64,000 nucleotides of DNA, from contig NC_087436.1 in the NCBI RefSeq assembly GCF_036321535.1, positions 76,820,001 to 76,884,000 on the forward strand, given 5' to 3'. Positions within the stretch are counted from its first letter, which is position 1; each line of letters starts with the position of its first letter. Below, piece by piece: positions 23,501-37,511 of the stretch. Origin of the DNA: Camelus dromedarius. Taxonomy: Eukaryota. Both the position numbers and the translations under genes were made by a program. Below the pieces are notes generated by a model. That model worked only from the letters and a program-made list of their open reading frames with translations, was not told the DNA's origin and ran no database searches.

Positions 23501-26500
23501 CCAGTCCCCTGCCACCCTCCAGGCTTGGGATAAATGGTCTATCCATTAGACAAATTAATATCCAACAAACTAGTGAAATGTATCTGCCTGTTTTGCCTGG
23601 ATGTCTTTTATACTATCAAAAATAATCTACAATCTGGCTTATTTCTTATCTTCAAAAGTATGTCACTAGGCTTACACTGTTTTTTTTACTGGGGATTTTA
23701 TAGGTTTGTTTTAAAATTCCCAGGACCAACGACTTTGAATAAATTCAAATTTTGGATCATCCCATGAATTAGTAATATACAGGACACCCAAATGCTCAGA
23801 GCCCTCTCTCTTTTTATTCATTTTTTCTATTTTTTCTTACTTTATTACTGCTTTTGGTCTCAGATTTGGTTTTGTACAGACAAAACACTTGTACTTGTTA
23901 CTTCCTGGCAACATACAGAAGCTAAAAGACAAGCAAGACTAGAACAAGCTACCAGGGGTCCTGACACTGGTGTGGGAACATAGTAGGAATTTGGAAATTA
24001 AAATCAAACTGCGCTTAGAAAAGTTATTTTTTGTATTCAATCTTAGAACACATTTTTTTCCATAAAAGTAACTATGTCAACGGTATTGAGGTTTCATAGT
24101 TCAAACACTCTAGAAGTTGCCTGAATCCTGGGAACAGAAAGGACATTCAGAGTGAGGAGGCAAAAGTTTGGCACTGTTGGTTTTGTTTAATCTTTCTGTT
24201 TTTTCTGGATGTGAAGCTGACTTTAGCAAACTTTTGATATAGGCTAAGTGAGTCTTTGCCCCTCCCCTCTCATTGTCTCACCCAGGTTTCTAGTTGCACA
24301 GAAATGTTTTTTCTCTAACCACAATCACAATCCAGGTTTGCCCTACCTCCCCCAAATATTCTATTTCAATGTAGTTGTTCTTATTCCATGAACTCATTCA
24401 TACTAACATGTGAATGTGGATATGTGAAAAGATGACTCTTCAAACAACCTGGACAGGATTACAGCCTCAGGAGGTTATTTTTTTAAGCCATGAAAATCCC
24501 TATACATGGAAATTCAGGCAGCATAACCATTAGTAAAGCAAAAAATGCAAGGAAGGAATATGTTCCAACATGGAGCGTCAACACTGGAAAATCAAGTCGG
24601 CCTACATGTCTGCCTGAGGGAGCTCTGCCCCTCTCTAACCCTTTCTCTTAGTTTCTCTCCCTCCTGCATTTGTGAACCACAGGGTCTTTAAACATTTTTA
24701 ACCTACAGTTGCACCCACAGGGCACAGGTTGGGCAGGAGATAAAAGTGTGAACTTCCAGGCAGGAGAGGTCTAGGCTGAGTAGCTGATGGTATACACAAG
24801 ACCATCGGCAAGACTCGTATTTATAAACCAGTAAAAATCTATAAAAGAAAAGAGGTTGAAATATATAGAATTCTAAATTCTAGTACTTTGTGTAAAAGGT
24901 CTACATTCCAGCATATTGTCCCAAACTGGGAATGAAATGCCTAAAGATGGTTTTATATATTTAATCTCTATAATAACAGTTACTGTCCTTACTCATTATC
25001 AAAACTTTCTGTCCTCTTTAAAATGTATTTATCTTGAATGCCTCCTTTAAAATGTATGATAAAAAGCCTGCCATTAATTCATAAGAAAGTAAAAAAATCC
25101 AAGTATTTCCCATCTGATGAGTTGTTTGGGATAAAACTGTGTGGAACAGTAGCATTCACCCTTACAAATTATCATTAATTATTTTCTGTTGCTTCTAACT
25201 TATTGTACACAGTTTGAATATGTTATTTGTACAATTCAGATCATCAGAATACTCTCAATAGTTTGGGTGAACACTGCAAACACAAATTTCATGGAATGTC
25301 TCATTTTGGCAAGGGAGTGGGGTAGAATAAGATAAGGTTGTTTACGCCTCCCTCTGGGTTAGTTTGGTTAGCGGTAAGACCGGATGCAGCCTTAGGAGTC
25401 AGCTCTGACTGTGCTGCTTGCTGGCTTCTGAGAATACAGATGTTTGGCAGGAGATCAAAGTAGGTCCTATTGTGCTGTCCTCTGAAGTCCAGCCTGAATG
25501 AAGTTCCAGAATGGGGTTTCACCCTGGATACTCCAGGCAAATTAATTTGGATTGAGCCTGCATCTAGTGTTATGTGGTCAGGTTGTACGATTTCACTACA
25601 GGCTAAATTTGCGCACAGGGCAACAAGTGGCAGACACGCACTTCGGAGTCAGAATGCGCAAGATTTGTGGAGGTGTGAGGACCACTGCTAAGACAGAGAC
25701 ATAACTCTTTCAAGAATCTCCTTGGTTATAAAACAATTTCTTATCTTACTCATCCATAGGGTTATGATCAGATCTTTACAACTACTGAATAATAACCAGG
25801 AAAATTGACAGTATTATCAAGGAACTATCTAGAGCAGAAATAAGCAGATAGCATCAGGCCTGATTTCTTCTTTCTTGGACATTTTATGATACCTATGAAC
25901 CCATATTTTGATTGAGCTCTTGTAAGTCCCTAAACATGTTTACATAATGAACACATGTTATAATAACAAATATGGAACATATAGGAGGTAGTAAAAGCCA
26001 TATCATGGCCTGAAAGAAATGCATACAATGGATATTGCTGTGGCCCTTTTCTTCTGGCCCTGAAGATAAAATGGGATTAATTAGTGGAGAATTGCAGTCA
26101 GGATATATCTAAGACAAAATTTAGCATGGAATTAGCTAAGATGAGGGGATGAAGTCAAAATATTATTTAGGACCCACAGTGTCTTTGATGTTTAATATTA
26201 AATTTGTGAGAAATATCTAGGTCTTATGATTTGAAGATCAAGCATCCAGTGTAAACAAAACAAACAAACAAAAGCCCACTTCCTACAACTAATTATAAAC
26301 CAAGGTAGATTTTTAAAATCTATATTTTTTCCGATTTCTAAATGGCAATGGGAAAGATACTCTTGGAAAGTAGAATAGAGCCCTTTCCAGAAGAAACTAG
26401 GTAAATATGTTTTAAATGAATGATAATGCCTCACATTCAAAACCAATCTAATATAAAAAATATACAGCACAATATGTTATAACAGCAGCTGCTCAATTAA

Positions 26501-29059
26501 TGTTTATTGAATTAACTGAAAATTAAATGTAAAACTTTCTAATAAAAAGCATAAGCATTCAGACTACAAAACAAATAAATGGGGTGCATAACAATGAACT
26601 GTTTAACATATTTAAAAATACAGAGTTTAATGAGGGGCTACTTGAACTAATCTTTTGGTCACACACAATGAAAGGAAAACTTATTTGGACAGTTCAATTT
26701 TTTTGGTAATCAATGCACTGAGCCAAACGGAAAAAAAAATTGTTTTAAAGAGAAAGAAACAATAAAAACAACACAAAAAGAAACAAATTTAAGATATGTT
26801 TCTTCTTTTCCAAAAAGGGCTAATTCTAGACAGGATATGTGGAAACAGGAAAAATATATTAAATCCCATTGAATGGTTTCCTTTGTGACCTCCTTTTTTA
26901 AGGTCAATTCTAAATAAAAAGGTATTTCCCCCAAAGTAGACGATCTCTTCACACTTAAATTCAATATGCTAGCCAAACATCTTCAACATTTTAAAAACTC
27001 TATTCAAAATTCAAAATATTCATTCTAGCAATAATTTTCTAACAGTGACTTTGAGTATATAACATCACCTACACCAGTACCTTGCAGATAATTTACAAGT
27101 ACTCTCAGTGTATACTTAACAAATAGAAACTGCTCATTTCCATGACATACAGCATGTCAGAAAATATCAGTGAGCATAATAATACGGTCTAAAAAAGCAA
27201 ACTATTTTTTTTCTGCTTCACTGAGAAGTTTTAGCACTGAGTTCATCCCAAATATGAAGCATTCCAAGTTTAAATTTCATGAGGAAAAATCACTGAACAT
27301 CACTAGTTCCCCCCCAAAAGTCCCCTTCAAAATGAAGCTTTAGTAATCAGCCATACATGTGCATAAAATAAGCAGCTAAAACAACTAGAAAGATGTTTTT
27401 CACAATCTTTTCTTGTTTGCTTTTCACCTTTCAATATTCAGACATATGATTTTTACTTTCTATCTTGCTGCCAAACATCCCTACCAAATATATTTTTCTC
27501 TAAGAGGTAATACTTCAATGAAAAACAACTGTAATTTGTAATCACATGTTTTGGTTTGTTTATTTTTTAAAAAATGCTTGGAGCTCCAAAATACCAGTTG
27601 CTCAATACGGCATGTTCTGCACTGACCCATTTCTAAATATGGGTTCTCTCTTCCTTGGCAAACAAGGGAACAGTCTAAGCACAAGCGACGGATTCTAAAC
27701 AAAGTTTTACTCTAATAAATCTGGGGACGAATGTAAGTTATGACTGTTGCCTTTTACTCGTCTCAGCTCCACACATAACAGATGAGTTACTGATTATCCT
27801 GTTGGTGAAATCATGTCCGTATCACAAATTGCGAAACAAAAACCCAAGTGACAACTAAGCTCCTCTGCATCTTGTGATTTTCACAACAAATCATATTAGC
27901 AAGTCTTCCTTTTTCACTGTAACACAGAAACACACCCAAAAATGGACTGGGATATAAAACAAAAGTTTATGTGCCTCTCTTTCTTTTGTTCAGCATAAAC
28001 TCAGAATAATCATTTAATGCTTTCTTAAAGGATGAGTAGATTTTTCCATAAAAAGTGCTTTGAAATTATGGTATAAAGTAATAATAAATGTACCATTTGT
28101 TTCAGAATCTAAAGAAATTGAGTCCCAACATGTTTTTCACTTAGATGCATATATTATTTCATATTAGTCCTATTTACCCATTCTCTTGTTTCATTAACTG
28201 AAATGTTAAATAGACCTGTCAAGCATGGTAAGTCTATATTTGTTCTATTTGATTTTTTGAAACTCCAGAGTGGCAAATAAAATATTTTCCTATGCAACAG
28301 GAATAGAAAAAAAAAAAAAAAAAAAAAAGCTCTATCAGTTCTATTGATTCTACAAACACATATGCCTAAAAATTGTGAGCTCAGAAAAGTCAAGAATACT
28401 ATATCCATCTTTGTAACCCAACATCAGAATAGTGTCTTGGACACAGTAAATATTCAAAAATTTGCTTCCAAATAAATTAGGATTTATTATATTTGTGGGG
28501 AAATGAGATATAACTGAGGAATTATGCATTTACTCATGATAATTTACACTGACAGTACATTTAGTCACAAATTGTAACCATTTTAGCCTCCTTTTCAATG
28601 TCCTTGCACTCAACTGAATTTGCTTTCAAAAACAAGTGAGCCTCTAAAGGTCATCTTCTTTTGTAGTCCAACAGATTAATGTTAAGAAATAAACATCTGG
28701 CACTTAATTTTGGCTATGTAACCTAGTACCACCACTTTAGTTTTCTCACAAAATATCACAAAGCTGTAATTATTTATTGAAAATGGATTTGATTTTCTTA
28801 AACTACAATCCCAACCAAATAAAGAAAAAGGAAAGAATAATAATATTATTAAGTATAATTATCATGCAAATGCAAATAAAGCATTGGACAATGGATGTCA
28901 AGATTATAAAATTTCAGTAAAGTAAATGAATAATTTAAGGCAAATTTTCTATTTGTATTTTTGAGTTAATTAGAATTTAGAAGTGGAGTGACTTAATAAA
29001 ATATGTCAAAAGCATTTTAAATGTATTTGAATATAGTAAACTGTAATAGTTATTGATTT

Positions 29060-29640
29060 TTTTTCCCTACCCAGAACAGTTTTTCATCCTTACATACCTA
29101 TGAACAGTGTTCCCTTTCTACTGGGGAAATTGTTCTCCACTCCATAGAGTCCTAGTGAGGCTATCAATCATGATACCATCTCCCTCTCCAGCTTGCTCCC
29201 AACCTTTCATCATGGGGGTGGGCATGTTACCCAGGCTGGTCCAGATATGTTTGTTGATTATAATTGTTACAGGAGTGAGCACTTGATCCAAGGGAGTAAA
29301 TCAGAGTCTTTAACTAGGACCAAGTATACCAATGCCCAGAGACAACAGGTCTCTCTTTCCAAAGGGCTTGCTAGTTGAGCCCCATATAAGCTGAAACCCT
29401 TGGTGATTACTTTCATTTGGCACTCATCTGAATAAAGAGAGAATGAGGCAAACAGAAATACAGGCAAAACCTACAAAGAGAGAAGACCCTAAGAACACAG
29501 ATTAATTCCCTGGATCTAACTGTACCTGAGGCAATTTCCTCCTCTGGACCATCCAGTTAGCTGTAAAAGCCAATAACTTTTTCCCCCTTAAGCTACTATG
29601 AACTTGGTTTTTGTCATTTGTAACCAAAAGTCTTAATACA
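29060..29640 (+). mobile_element. ERVL/MaLR-type solo LTR (LTR16/MLT1-like)
   Basis: gggtgggcatgttacccaggctggtcc; 3' end aagccaataac..cttaagcta..ttggtttttgtcatttgtaaccaaaagtcttaataca. Confidence 0.65.
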
Positions 29641-32099
29641 GTGGAATATAAATAAAGAGGATGAAATCAAAGTAATACAGAATCAGAAGTCAATCCAAAA
29701 TAAAGATTTTCTGGCAAAAACAAACAAAAAAATGATTTGATTTTTTTAATGCTTAACTACACCATAAATATATTATAAAAATATAAAAATATTTTCAAGA
29801 AGCATGGATTTTATGTATCCATTTATTGATTAATATGAACTAAACAATGACTACGTAACCAATGCTATATTAAGCACTGGGCAAAAAAAAGGAGGAGGGG
29901 GAGAAATAGGATCCCAACCTTCCTACCATTAATGTGAAAGATGTTATAAGGGACAGCTCATCTATATTCAGTACTAAAGGTCCTTGGATAAATAGAAGCT
30001 CAGAAGAATCTGACATATAATGAGCCTCACATTATAGCCAGTCCTTTTTAAAAGGAGTCCTAGACACTGATTTCCAATTTGAGTAAGTTGTATCAGTTTG
30101 GTTTTTCTTCTTTCCCTGTGAATATATCTCTATAGTTAGCTCAGACTTTAGGTTTTTCATCAAACCATGACTTTATAGAGATTTCCACAATGAGGCAGTC
30201 AACATTCATAGCAGAACCTGCTGAAAGCAGTTAAGCTAAGGTCTTATCAGAATGTTTATTAGGTACCACCTTCCTCTACGAAAACGGTTTTCCAGTAGAG
30301 AAAATAATTTTGCAATGTCTTCTCAATCCATTAAAATACTGTTTAGACACCTTTCTTCAACACTTTTAAAAATAATAATAACATATTATCATTAACAATA
30401 ATAGATGTTACTGAGAAAAAACATCTTGGCTCCAAAGGTCAAATGAAGCTTGTATTTCCAGCACTACAAATGAAGGTATTTTGTGAAATGTATATTGCAC
30501 TGTTTCCCTTTATAAACAATCTATCACAGTTTTATTTAAATTTCCTACACGTATGAGTGACCATTGCCTTCCTATTTATGTTTCTCTACTTCTCCATTAG
30601 GTACTTAGAAACTCTGGCACTTGCTGCCATCACCTCAGATGCAGTGTTCTTAATTCTTTTGGATCAGGGTTATTTATAAACCCAGCTTCACAACTCATTC
30701 ATCTCTTGTGCTTAACACTTTCTGAAGTGTTTCACTTCAGCAAAAAAATAAAAATTGCGGAAATAATTGCAAAGAGTAAAATATCTCATGGCTTTGTTTT
30801 TTTTTAAAAAAAAGAGGGAAGGAGGCCACAGATCATTTGGATTTTTATTCTTTCCCTTTATTCGCTAATCAGGCTTTGTTTTCTCTTTAATGTCCTCTTC
30901 TACAGGACTGCACTATGAAACACTGCACTAGAAACCGTGTGCCACTCACAGGTCAATCTGACCTATCCTCGTCTGAACAAAATTTTATTTTCAAATGAAA
31001 GTCCTACAATCACTTTTCCAAGAAACCAAAAATAACTAATATTCTAAGATCTTAAAAACAATGTAAAGTGGAAAATAGAAGAACTATATCCTTCTGTTTG
31101 TGAGCAATGGGAGAGCAGAGAAAAAACAAGAGAAAGAATGACCGAATGCTGCAGGTTTCCCGGAACATTTCCCTGGACTTCCACTTCCCTAAGAGACATC
31201 CTCCAGCGAGGTTTCTTCCTAGGCCCATTCAGCTTCTCTCTGCCCTTCTGCCCAGTTTCATGTTGTCCTCTCACACTCCAGACCCTCTGTGAGAACAGAC
31301 TTCACTTGCAATGCTTCTAGGTACTCACACGAGCCAGGGGTGGAGGGCCCAAGTCACATTTGGTTCCTCTCTCTGCCCGTTATATCCTATATCCAGTGAG
31401 CCCCCGGTTCTGTTAATTTTTTAAAGCTCCCCACATTTACCTTTTTATTTCCAGTTTCCCTGCCATCACAATGATAACAACAGCAATATTTGCCAGAGTC
31501 TCCAGAGCCCCACTTAGCAAGAGCAAGCGATTTTACAAAGGGACGTTCAGCCCCACCCTGCTCCCGACACAATTCTGACCAGGGCAGAGAGTTTATTGGG
31601 TGCTTCCCTTGCGGTCCTTGACCTAGTTTTATTGTGAAGGACCTAGAATCCCAGGGCCTGAAATAAGCCCTTAGGAACTATGGTCCACTGGGAGATGCAG
31701 TTTCCTTCCTAACAGGGTAGTATTACCACTATGAATTGCTAATTAGCACCACAACTTCCCCCACAAAAATTGTGCCTCTTTTCAGAATGGAGTTTCCTGA
31801 AATTCTACATAGCTTTTGTCAAGAGAATACTGAATCTCCTTTTCTAGTTATTGGCTGGGTCCGAGTCCCGATTCCCGAGGATTTGGAACCAGGGCACAGT
31901 CAGATACTTGACTCTGCGTGGCTACACCATCTAGACATCCTTGTTATGACCCACCTACTAGATGTGATCCTTGCACATATCAATACCATCCCCCTTTAGA
32001 CCTAAGTCATTGATTGTTTAGAATGCTGGCCATTTCTCTCAGTGGACTGTCGTCCTGAAGAATCAATAACCCCACCCCACATGGTCCCATCTTCCTGCC

Positions 32100-32340
32100 A
32101 TTCCCAGCTTCCCACCACAGGCTTTAAAGCCCACCTCTTCTGAGTTACATCATTCTTAATCATTGTCTCACTTAAATCACAAAACAACCCAATGAAATAG
32201 GTATCATTATCCGCACTGACTGATGAAAATTTTAACTCAGAGAGATTACATTACAGGACATATACAAGGTCACGAGGCTAGGCAGTGGCAGAGCACTCAG
32301 GTCTTCCTACTCCCAATCGCATATTGTCTTCACTATATTA
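32100..32340 (-). mobile_element. MIR SINE
   Basis: tctcacttaaatcacaaaacaacccaatgaaataggtatcattatc..actcagagagatt..caaggtcac. Confidence 0.65.
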
Positions 32341-35300
32341 GGCTTCTTTGTACCGTGTCTCACAAGCACTATTGCAAGAGACGTAACACAGCTTTCTATC
32401 TTCCAAATCACCCTATACATTACCCAAAGATTATTCTTCCTGAATGTTCACTGCTATCATATGAATCTCATGCTCTAAATTTATCTTCCATGCTTCCCCA
32501 ATTATTTATGCAATAAGGGGCAATTCACCATCTAAACATTTGAGAGTCTCCATAATCTGGGTCCAGCCTGCCTGTCAATGTTTATCCCCCATGATAGCTC
32601 CATAATCGAAACCAAATACTATGGTGCCTCAGCCACTCAGCCCAGGCTGTTCCTGAAGTTCCGTGTTTCTTGTTTCTAATTATACTTACTCTCATTGTCA
32701 AAGCCTCACATGACCAAATTATTCCACCTTTCTGTCAGCTTTACTCTAGCCATATTGGCATTTTAACACAAATTGCACTGTAGGATTTCTTTTTATTACA
32801 TAGGGTGACGCACGGAAATTTCCCTTTCCCAAATTCCCACACTTTGTAATTCTTGCAGGGCCCCAACCATATTCCAAACCTTAAATTGTCATTTTCGAGT
32901 TGCTTTATAACAGAGAATTTGTCTTATTTGAGTCTTCTCTTTCAAGCTTAACACAATGCCCTAAGCATAGTAAGAGCTCAATAAATGAGTAAGTGAAAGA
33001 ATATATTAGATAACGGGAAAAGAGGAAAAGGTTTTCACTAGTACCTACATGATGATGATAATGAATTCTAAACCATCAAATGTGCTAATTAAGAGTGGAG
33101 GTTAAACCAATAGTACAAAAAAATGTTATTTATCCTGTTTGCCTGGATAGAAATCTAAAAATTTTGAAATGATACATTCCTTCCAAATTAAAATAGAACA
33201 GTAATGTGATTTTCTGAATCAAATAAATTTTAGAAAAGGCACTGAACTGTTAACAAGCAAAATGTTCATAACAAAGGCCCTTTCAGGTCCCTTGCTTTTG
33301 AAGCTGTAAAAGACAGGACTACTTAGTGTTTCTAACTGTGATAAAAAGAGGCTCCAAAATTAAATTCCAATCTTTGCTGATTAAGAAGCTGAGCCTAGAC
33401 AAACCATGTCTTAACAAAACTTGCTATCTTATAAAACAAGGGGACCGAACCATCTAGGTCACTGGATTTTGGTGGGCAGGGGAGGAAGGACAACGGAAAT
33501 AAGAAAATCACATTATCAGTTTTTCTCGATTAAAGATTAACTTCAAGGAAATGAATGCACTGACAATTAATAAGGCCAGATGTACTTAAATGACTCCTAT
33601 CAGGAAAAATAAATCTGTAATCTATTTAGCAAATATTTTTGCCTTCGGAGTACCAAATATCTTGAAAGACTTAAATTTTCTGTTTTCTTCCATTTGCTTA
33701 GTTTCGTGTACATACATTCCACAGTACAATTTTATCCATTAGTTTGGTAAACCCTAAAGAACAGAGAGATATTCTCTTCTGTCTGCCCTTACCCTGAAAT
33801 AGATACGCTATATTTGTTTTAAGTATCAAATAAAATTTTTAAAATATAATTTGTAAGTATAAGGGGTAATTCAAATTTGAGGCAGAAGTATACTTTTTGT
33901 ATATTATCAGAGGTGGAGCAATCTCTGCCTTGAAGAGAGCTAAAGTGTTTGAATGGCCTTAAATTTCTACAAAGTGGGCAGAAATCCTAAACTAGCATCA
34001 TGTTGACAAAAATCTCAGCGACTAGTGGGATCAGCTTTGACTGTAATGGCTCCGTTTGTCTACCTGCCACCTCTGCCAAGTTACTGCCAGGGCTTCCCCA
34101 GAGGCTGGCTTCCCTGAGGATCATTTACTCCTCCATTTGTGACAAAATAGCTGAAGTTTAATTACAATGAGATGATAGCTATACCCATCAGCCACCTCCA
34201 GAGGAAACTCAAGAGGCTTCATTCATAATTTGTGGCTAAAATAACCCAGCTCTCTCTAATTCCATGCTAAATCTTTCAACATAACTCACTTGAGCTAAAG
34301 TCCATCAAGAACTTCAGGCAAGAAACACTGTAGTTAGAAATTCCATTCTGAAGTTTCTCTAATACAAATTTAAACCATGAACTTTAACAAATGAATTTAA
34401 TAAAACAACAACAACTTTATCTCCTCTGATAGTCAACTACTAGTACCTTGAAAGAGAAATCTGTCGTCATAACCCACAAAAAGAGAGTTTTCAAAAATTT
34501 CCCAAGGGAAAAACCCACAGAGGTCTTTTCTCCTCCCCAGTATTAATTATAAAAATAATTGCAAATTCACAAGTATAGTAAAATTCTATTTAAAATACAA
34601 TACACTGATTTATTTATAGGGTCAAATGATACTTCTATTTGCATTGTCAATCCATTTTTTAATATTTTAAAGCCAATCACAGTTGTAGACTATATATCAT
34701 GAATCTAGCCATAAAAGTATTTACTATTTTTTACACTGAAAATTTTTCCTAAAACTAAACACATATGTAAACTCCTAAAATAACTGAATCTCTTTTCCAT
34801 TCTGCACTTACACTTGGCCTGTCCACTAGTCATACTAATATGGGATAGAACCAAATCGTATGTTTCCTCTAAAAAGCTCCACTTATTATGGGCGGAAGAA
34901 AAGCCTACAGGCTACCAAAAACAAATTCAATAAATCTCACTAGTTTCTGAAAAAAACATGATCTTTAAAAAAAATTGTAAATGCCAGAACCAAATGTCAG
35001 AAAAAAACTGAGATTTTTTTTTTCCTTCAAAAATATCTAAAGATTAAAGGAAAAGCTTTGGCTTAGAGAATGTATATTATTCACTTCCATTTTAGAATGT
35101 TGTTTACCAAAATATCATAAATACTTAATAGCAACTGTTCCTAGTGCTTCTAGCAAAAGGCAGTAAAACGAAACATAAACTTCAGCTGTGAAGCCCTAGG
35201 AGCTTTGCTTTGCATTTCATCACTCCACTTCCCCAGACCCCGTTTAGGGTGGCCCCGGTTCTAATGATCACCAGAGACAGCTCAACTGAATTCCAAACAG

Positions 35301-35789
35301 AAGTATTACGAGCTCCAGTGAAACCATTAATCATTGAAATGGAAAGAACAACAACAGCAGTCAAATCCTCAGCCGCTGGTTCCAGTTGCCTGACTGATAG
35401 CTAAGACATACCATATTTGGAGGAGGAAGTAATCACACATTCCAATCCAAAATTTTATTTTACACTTCTATAAAGCCTATAAAACTTTCAAGATATCAAG
35501 ACGGTGAGGAACTCCATGCTCAAAGGGTGCTCTGGGACTATTTATGAAAATCTTAAACTTGAAATCACAAACCCAGGCTCACAGAGCTCAATTTGCAAGA
35601 ATTAATACCAAATCTCACTTACAAACAAGATCCAGATCTTTAGAATTTCCCTGCGTTTGCAACATCCAACTTCCTTCTTAATCTCTTTGTTCAAGATAAT
35701 GACCAACTGAACTGGATATCAAGATTACTTTTTACATTTAAAATATATCTACAATTATGAGCCTCTCCTGTCTGTGGAGAAATACTCAC

Positions 35790-35870
35790 AGAATTAATTA
35801 TTCCTTTAAGAGCTTGAAATCCACCTTTGACAGGGAAAACTTGTTCCTTGGAATCAGCAATTCTTTCGAG
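35790..35870 (-). CDS. ANTXR2: ANTXR2 exon 7
   Basis: ctaaag|CTC GAA...AAT TCT|gtgagt; 81 nt; [27 protein letters not shown]. Confidence 0.97.
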
Positions 35871-36635
35871 CTTTAGAAAAAGGAGGAAAATTTAATTACG
35901 GGGTGGTTGAGACATAAAATACTTTTTACACTTCATTATGTTTCAGTTAATGTGCATCTGAAAAATTACAGCAGAGGATTACTTCACTGTCAGGAATTGC
36001 AGGTGACGGTACTAGTGTTACTCTAAGTGTATCACAACAAAATGCACTGAGATCAGGGTCCTTTTACTTGAGTTTCAACTTCAAAACAGCAGAGTTCTAC
36101 TAGCTGTAAATGTCACAAGACTCAAGAATCTCAGGTGTACTTAACCAAGCATTTAAATGTAAAATCACATTGTCAGTGGAAAAAAATTTGTAATGTGTAA
36201 GCCCTCGAAACTTCATCAAAAAAACTGGTTTTTGTAAGGAAAATTATTAAAGATTTCTACGCGCACAGACTTCCCAAATCCCTGCACTCCTAAGAGTGGA
36301 GTTTTCAATCAAACTAAAACACGTAAACAAGACTTGTCATGATAATCTTGTCAGTTGAGTCAAAGAAGAGGAGTATTCCTATTATTTTAATCCAAAAGTT
36401 TTTCCTATGTTAATTACTTCAAACCAAATAAATGCTCAAGAAAATTAGAGTTTTGTTTTCAGTAAGGAAATCAAACACTATAAACATAGAGCTCAAGACA
36501 TCTGGCCATTTTTATAGAGAAATCTATAACTACTGATTACTGTCATCATAAGTCATCAGTGAAAAAAAATCTGATAAGCTCTCCTCAAGACAATTATTTG
36601 GCTGAGATTAAAATTCACAGATCTGCTGTACTTAC

Positions 36636-36704
36636 CTGAGCTTGTTCAAAGTCAAGGACACCAACACAATAAACTCTAGCCCCAAGTGACCTGGATATCT
36701 TTGC
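36636..36704 (-). CDS. ANTXR2: ANTXR2 exon 6
   Basis: CT-rich tract then tattag|GCA AAG...GCT CAG|gtaagt; 69 nt; AKISRSLGARVYCVGVLDFEQAQ. Confidence 0.97.
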
Positions 36705-36829
36705 CTAATAGAGGGAGAGACAGAGAGAGGGAGACAGAGAGGTGAATTATTCAAAGATCAGGCTATCCATGCAGAGACATACAGCAAAGCACACTGGGGT
36801 GGAAAGAACAGTTTCAGTTCAACACTCAC

Positions 36830-36937
36830 CTCCTTCTCTGCATACGATGGCACCAGACCGTCCAACTTACCATCTGTCAGAGCAATTATAATACTGGAGG
36901 TCTTTAAGCCTCCCGCTTTCTCAATTTGTTCATTTGC
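36830..36937 (-). CDS. ANTXR2: ANTXR2 exon 5 (MIDAS Asp148)
   Basis: tttcag|GCA AAT...AAG GAG|gtgagt; 108 nt; [36 protein letters not shown]. Confidence 0.97.
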
Positions 36938-37429
36938 CTGAAAAGGAAGAATAATTGTCCAACTCACAAGTTAATCTAAACTTATAACCAGCATGTTCCA
37001 CCAAGCTGAATTTGTAAGTCTAGCAAAGTCAAAATATATTGGACTGGCTTTTAAAACAGGGTATTTTGTGTTAACTATTTTAATTTGAAATATACATATA
37101 TTGACATTCTAGAACAGTAACTATTTGGTTTAAATGATACAGGCTTTTAAGTCTTGGTCGACCATAATCACAGAGAAAATGTGGTTCTCTGAATATAGCT
37201 GCAGAGAAAAGGGGAATTTCCTTAAAAGGCAAAATGCTATCAAAACTTTTCTTATCACTGCAGTAAACGTTTCCTGTCAGTCTCATTCCTAGAACAACTA
37301 AGAGCATTTTTTTTAAATTTTAAGATAAACATGTAATAGGGTCTTTGAGTTTTTCTAGAGGGGTATATTTATTTCATTACAGAGTAAGACAATATTCTCT
37401 CCTATACTCATAAATGTAAAAGAACTTAC

Positions 37430-37511
37430 CAGCTTTAGTCCTTCATGGATGTATGTCTCTCCCACAGGACTAACACGTTTTAAATTGTCCAAGCCTTCAC
37501 TGATTTTGCCC
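37430..37511 (-). CDS. ANTXR2: ANTXR2 exon 4 (MIDAS Thr118, Tyr119)
   Basis: tttcag|G GGC AAA...AAG CTG|gtaagt; 82 nt; [27 protein letters not shown]. Confidence 0.97.

Noticed and set aside
36758..36967. 69-aa ORF as a standalone gene
   Set aside because: It is ANTXR2 exon 5 plus flanking intron.
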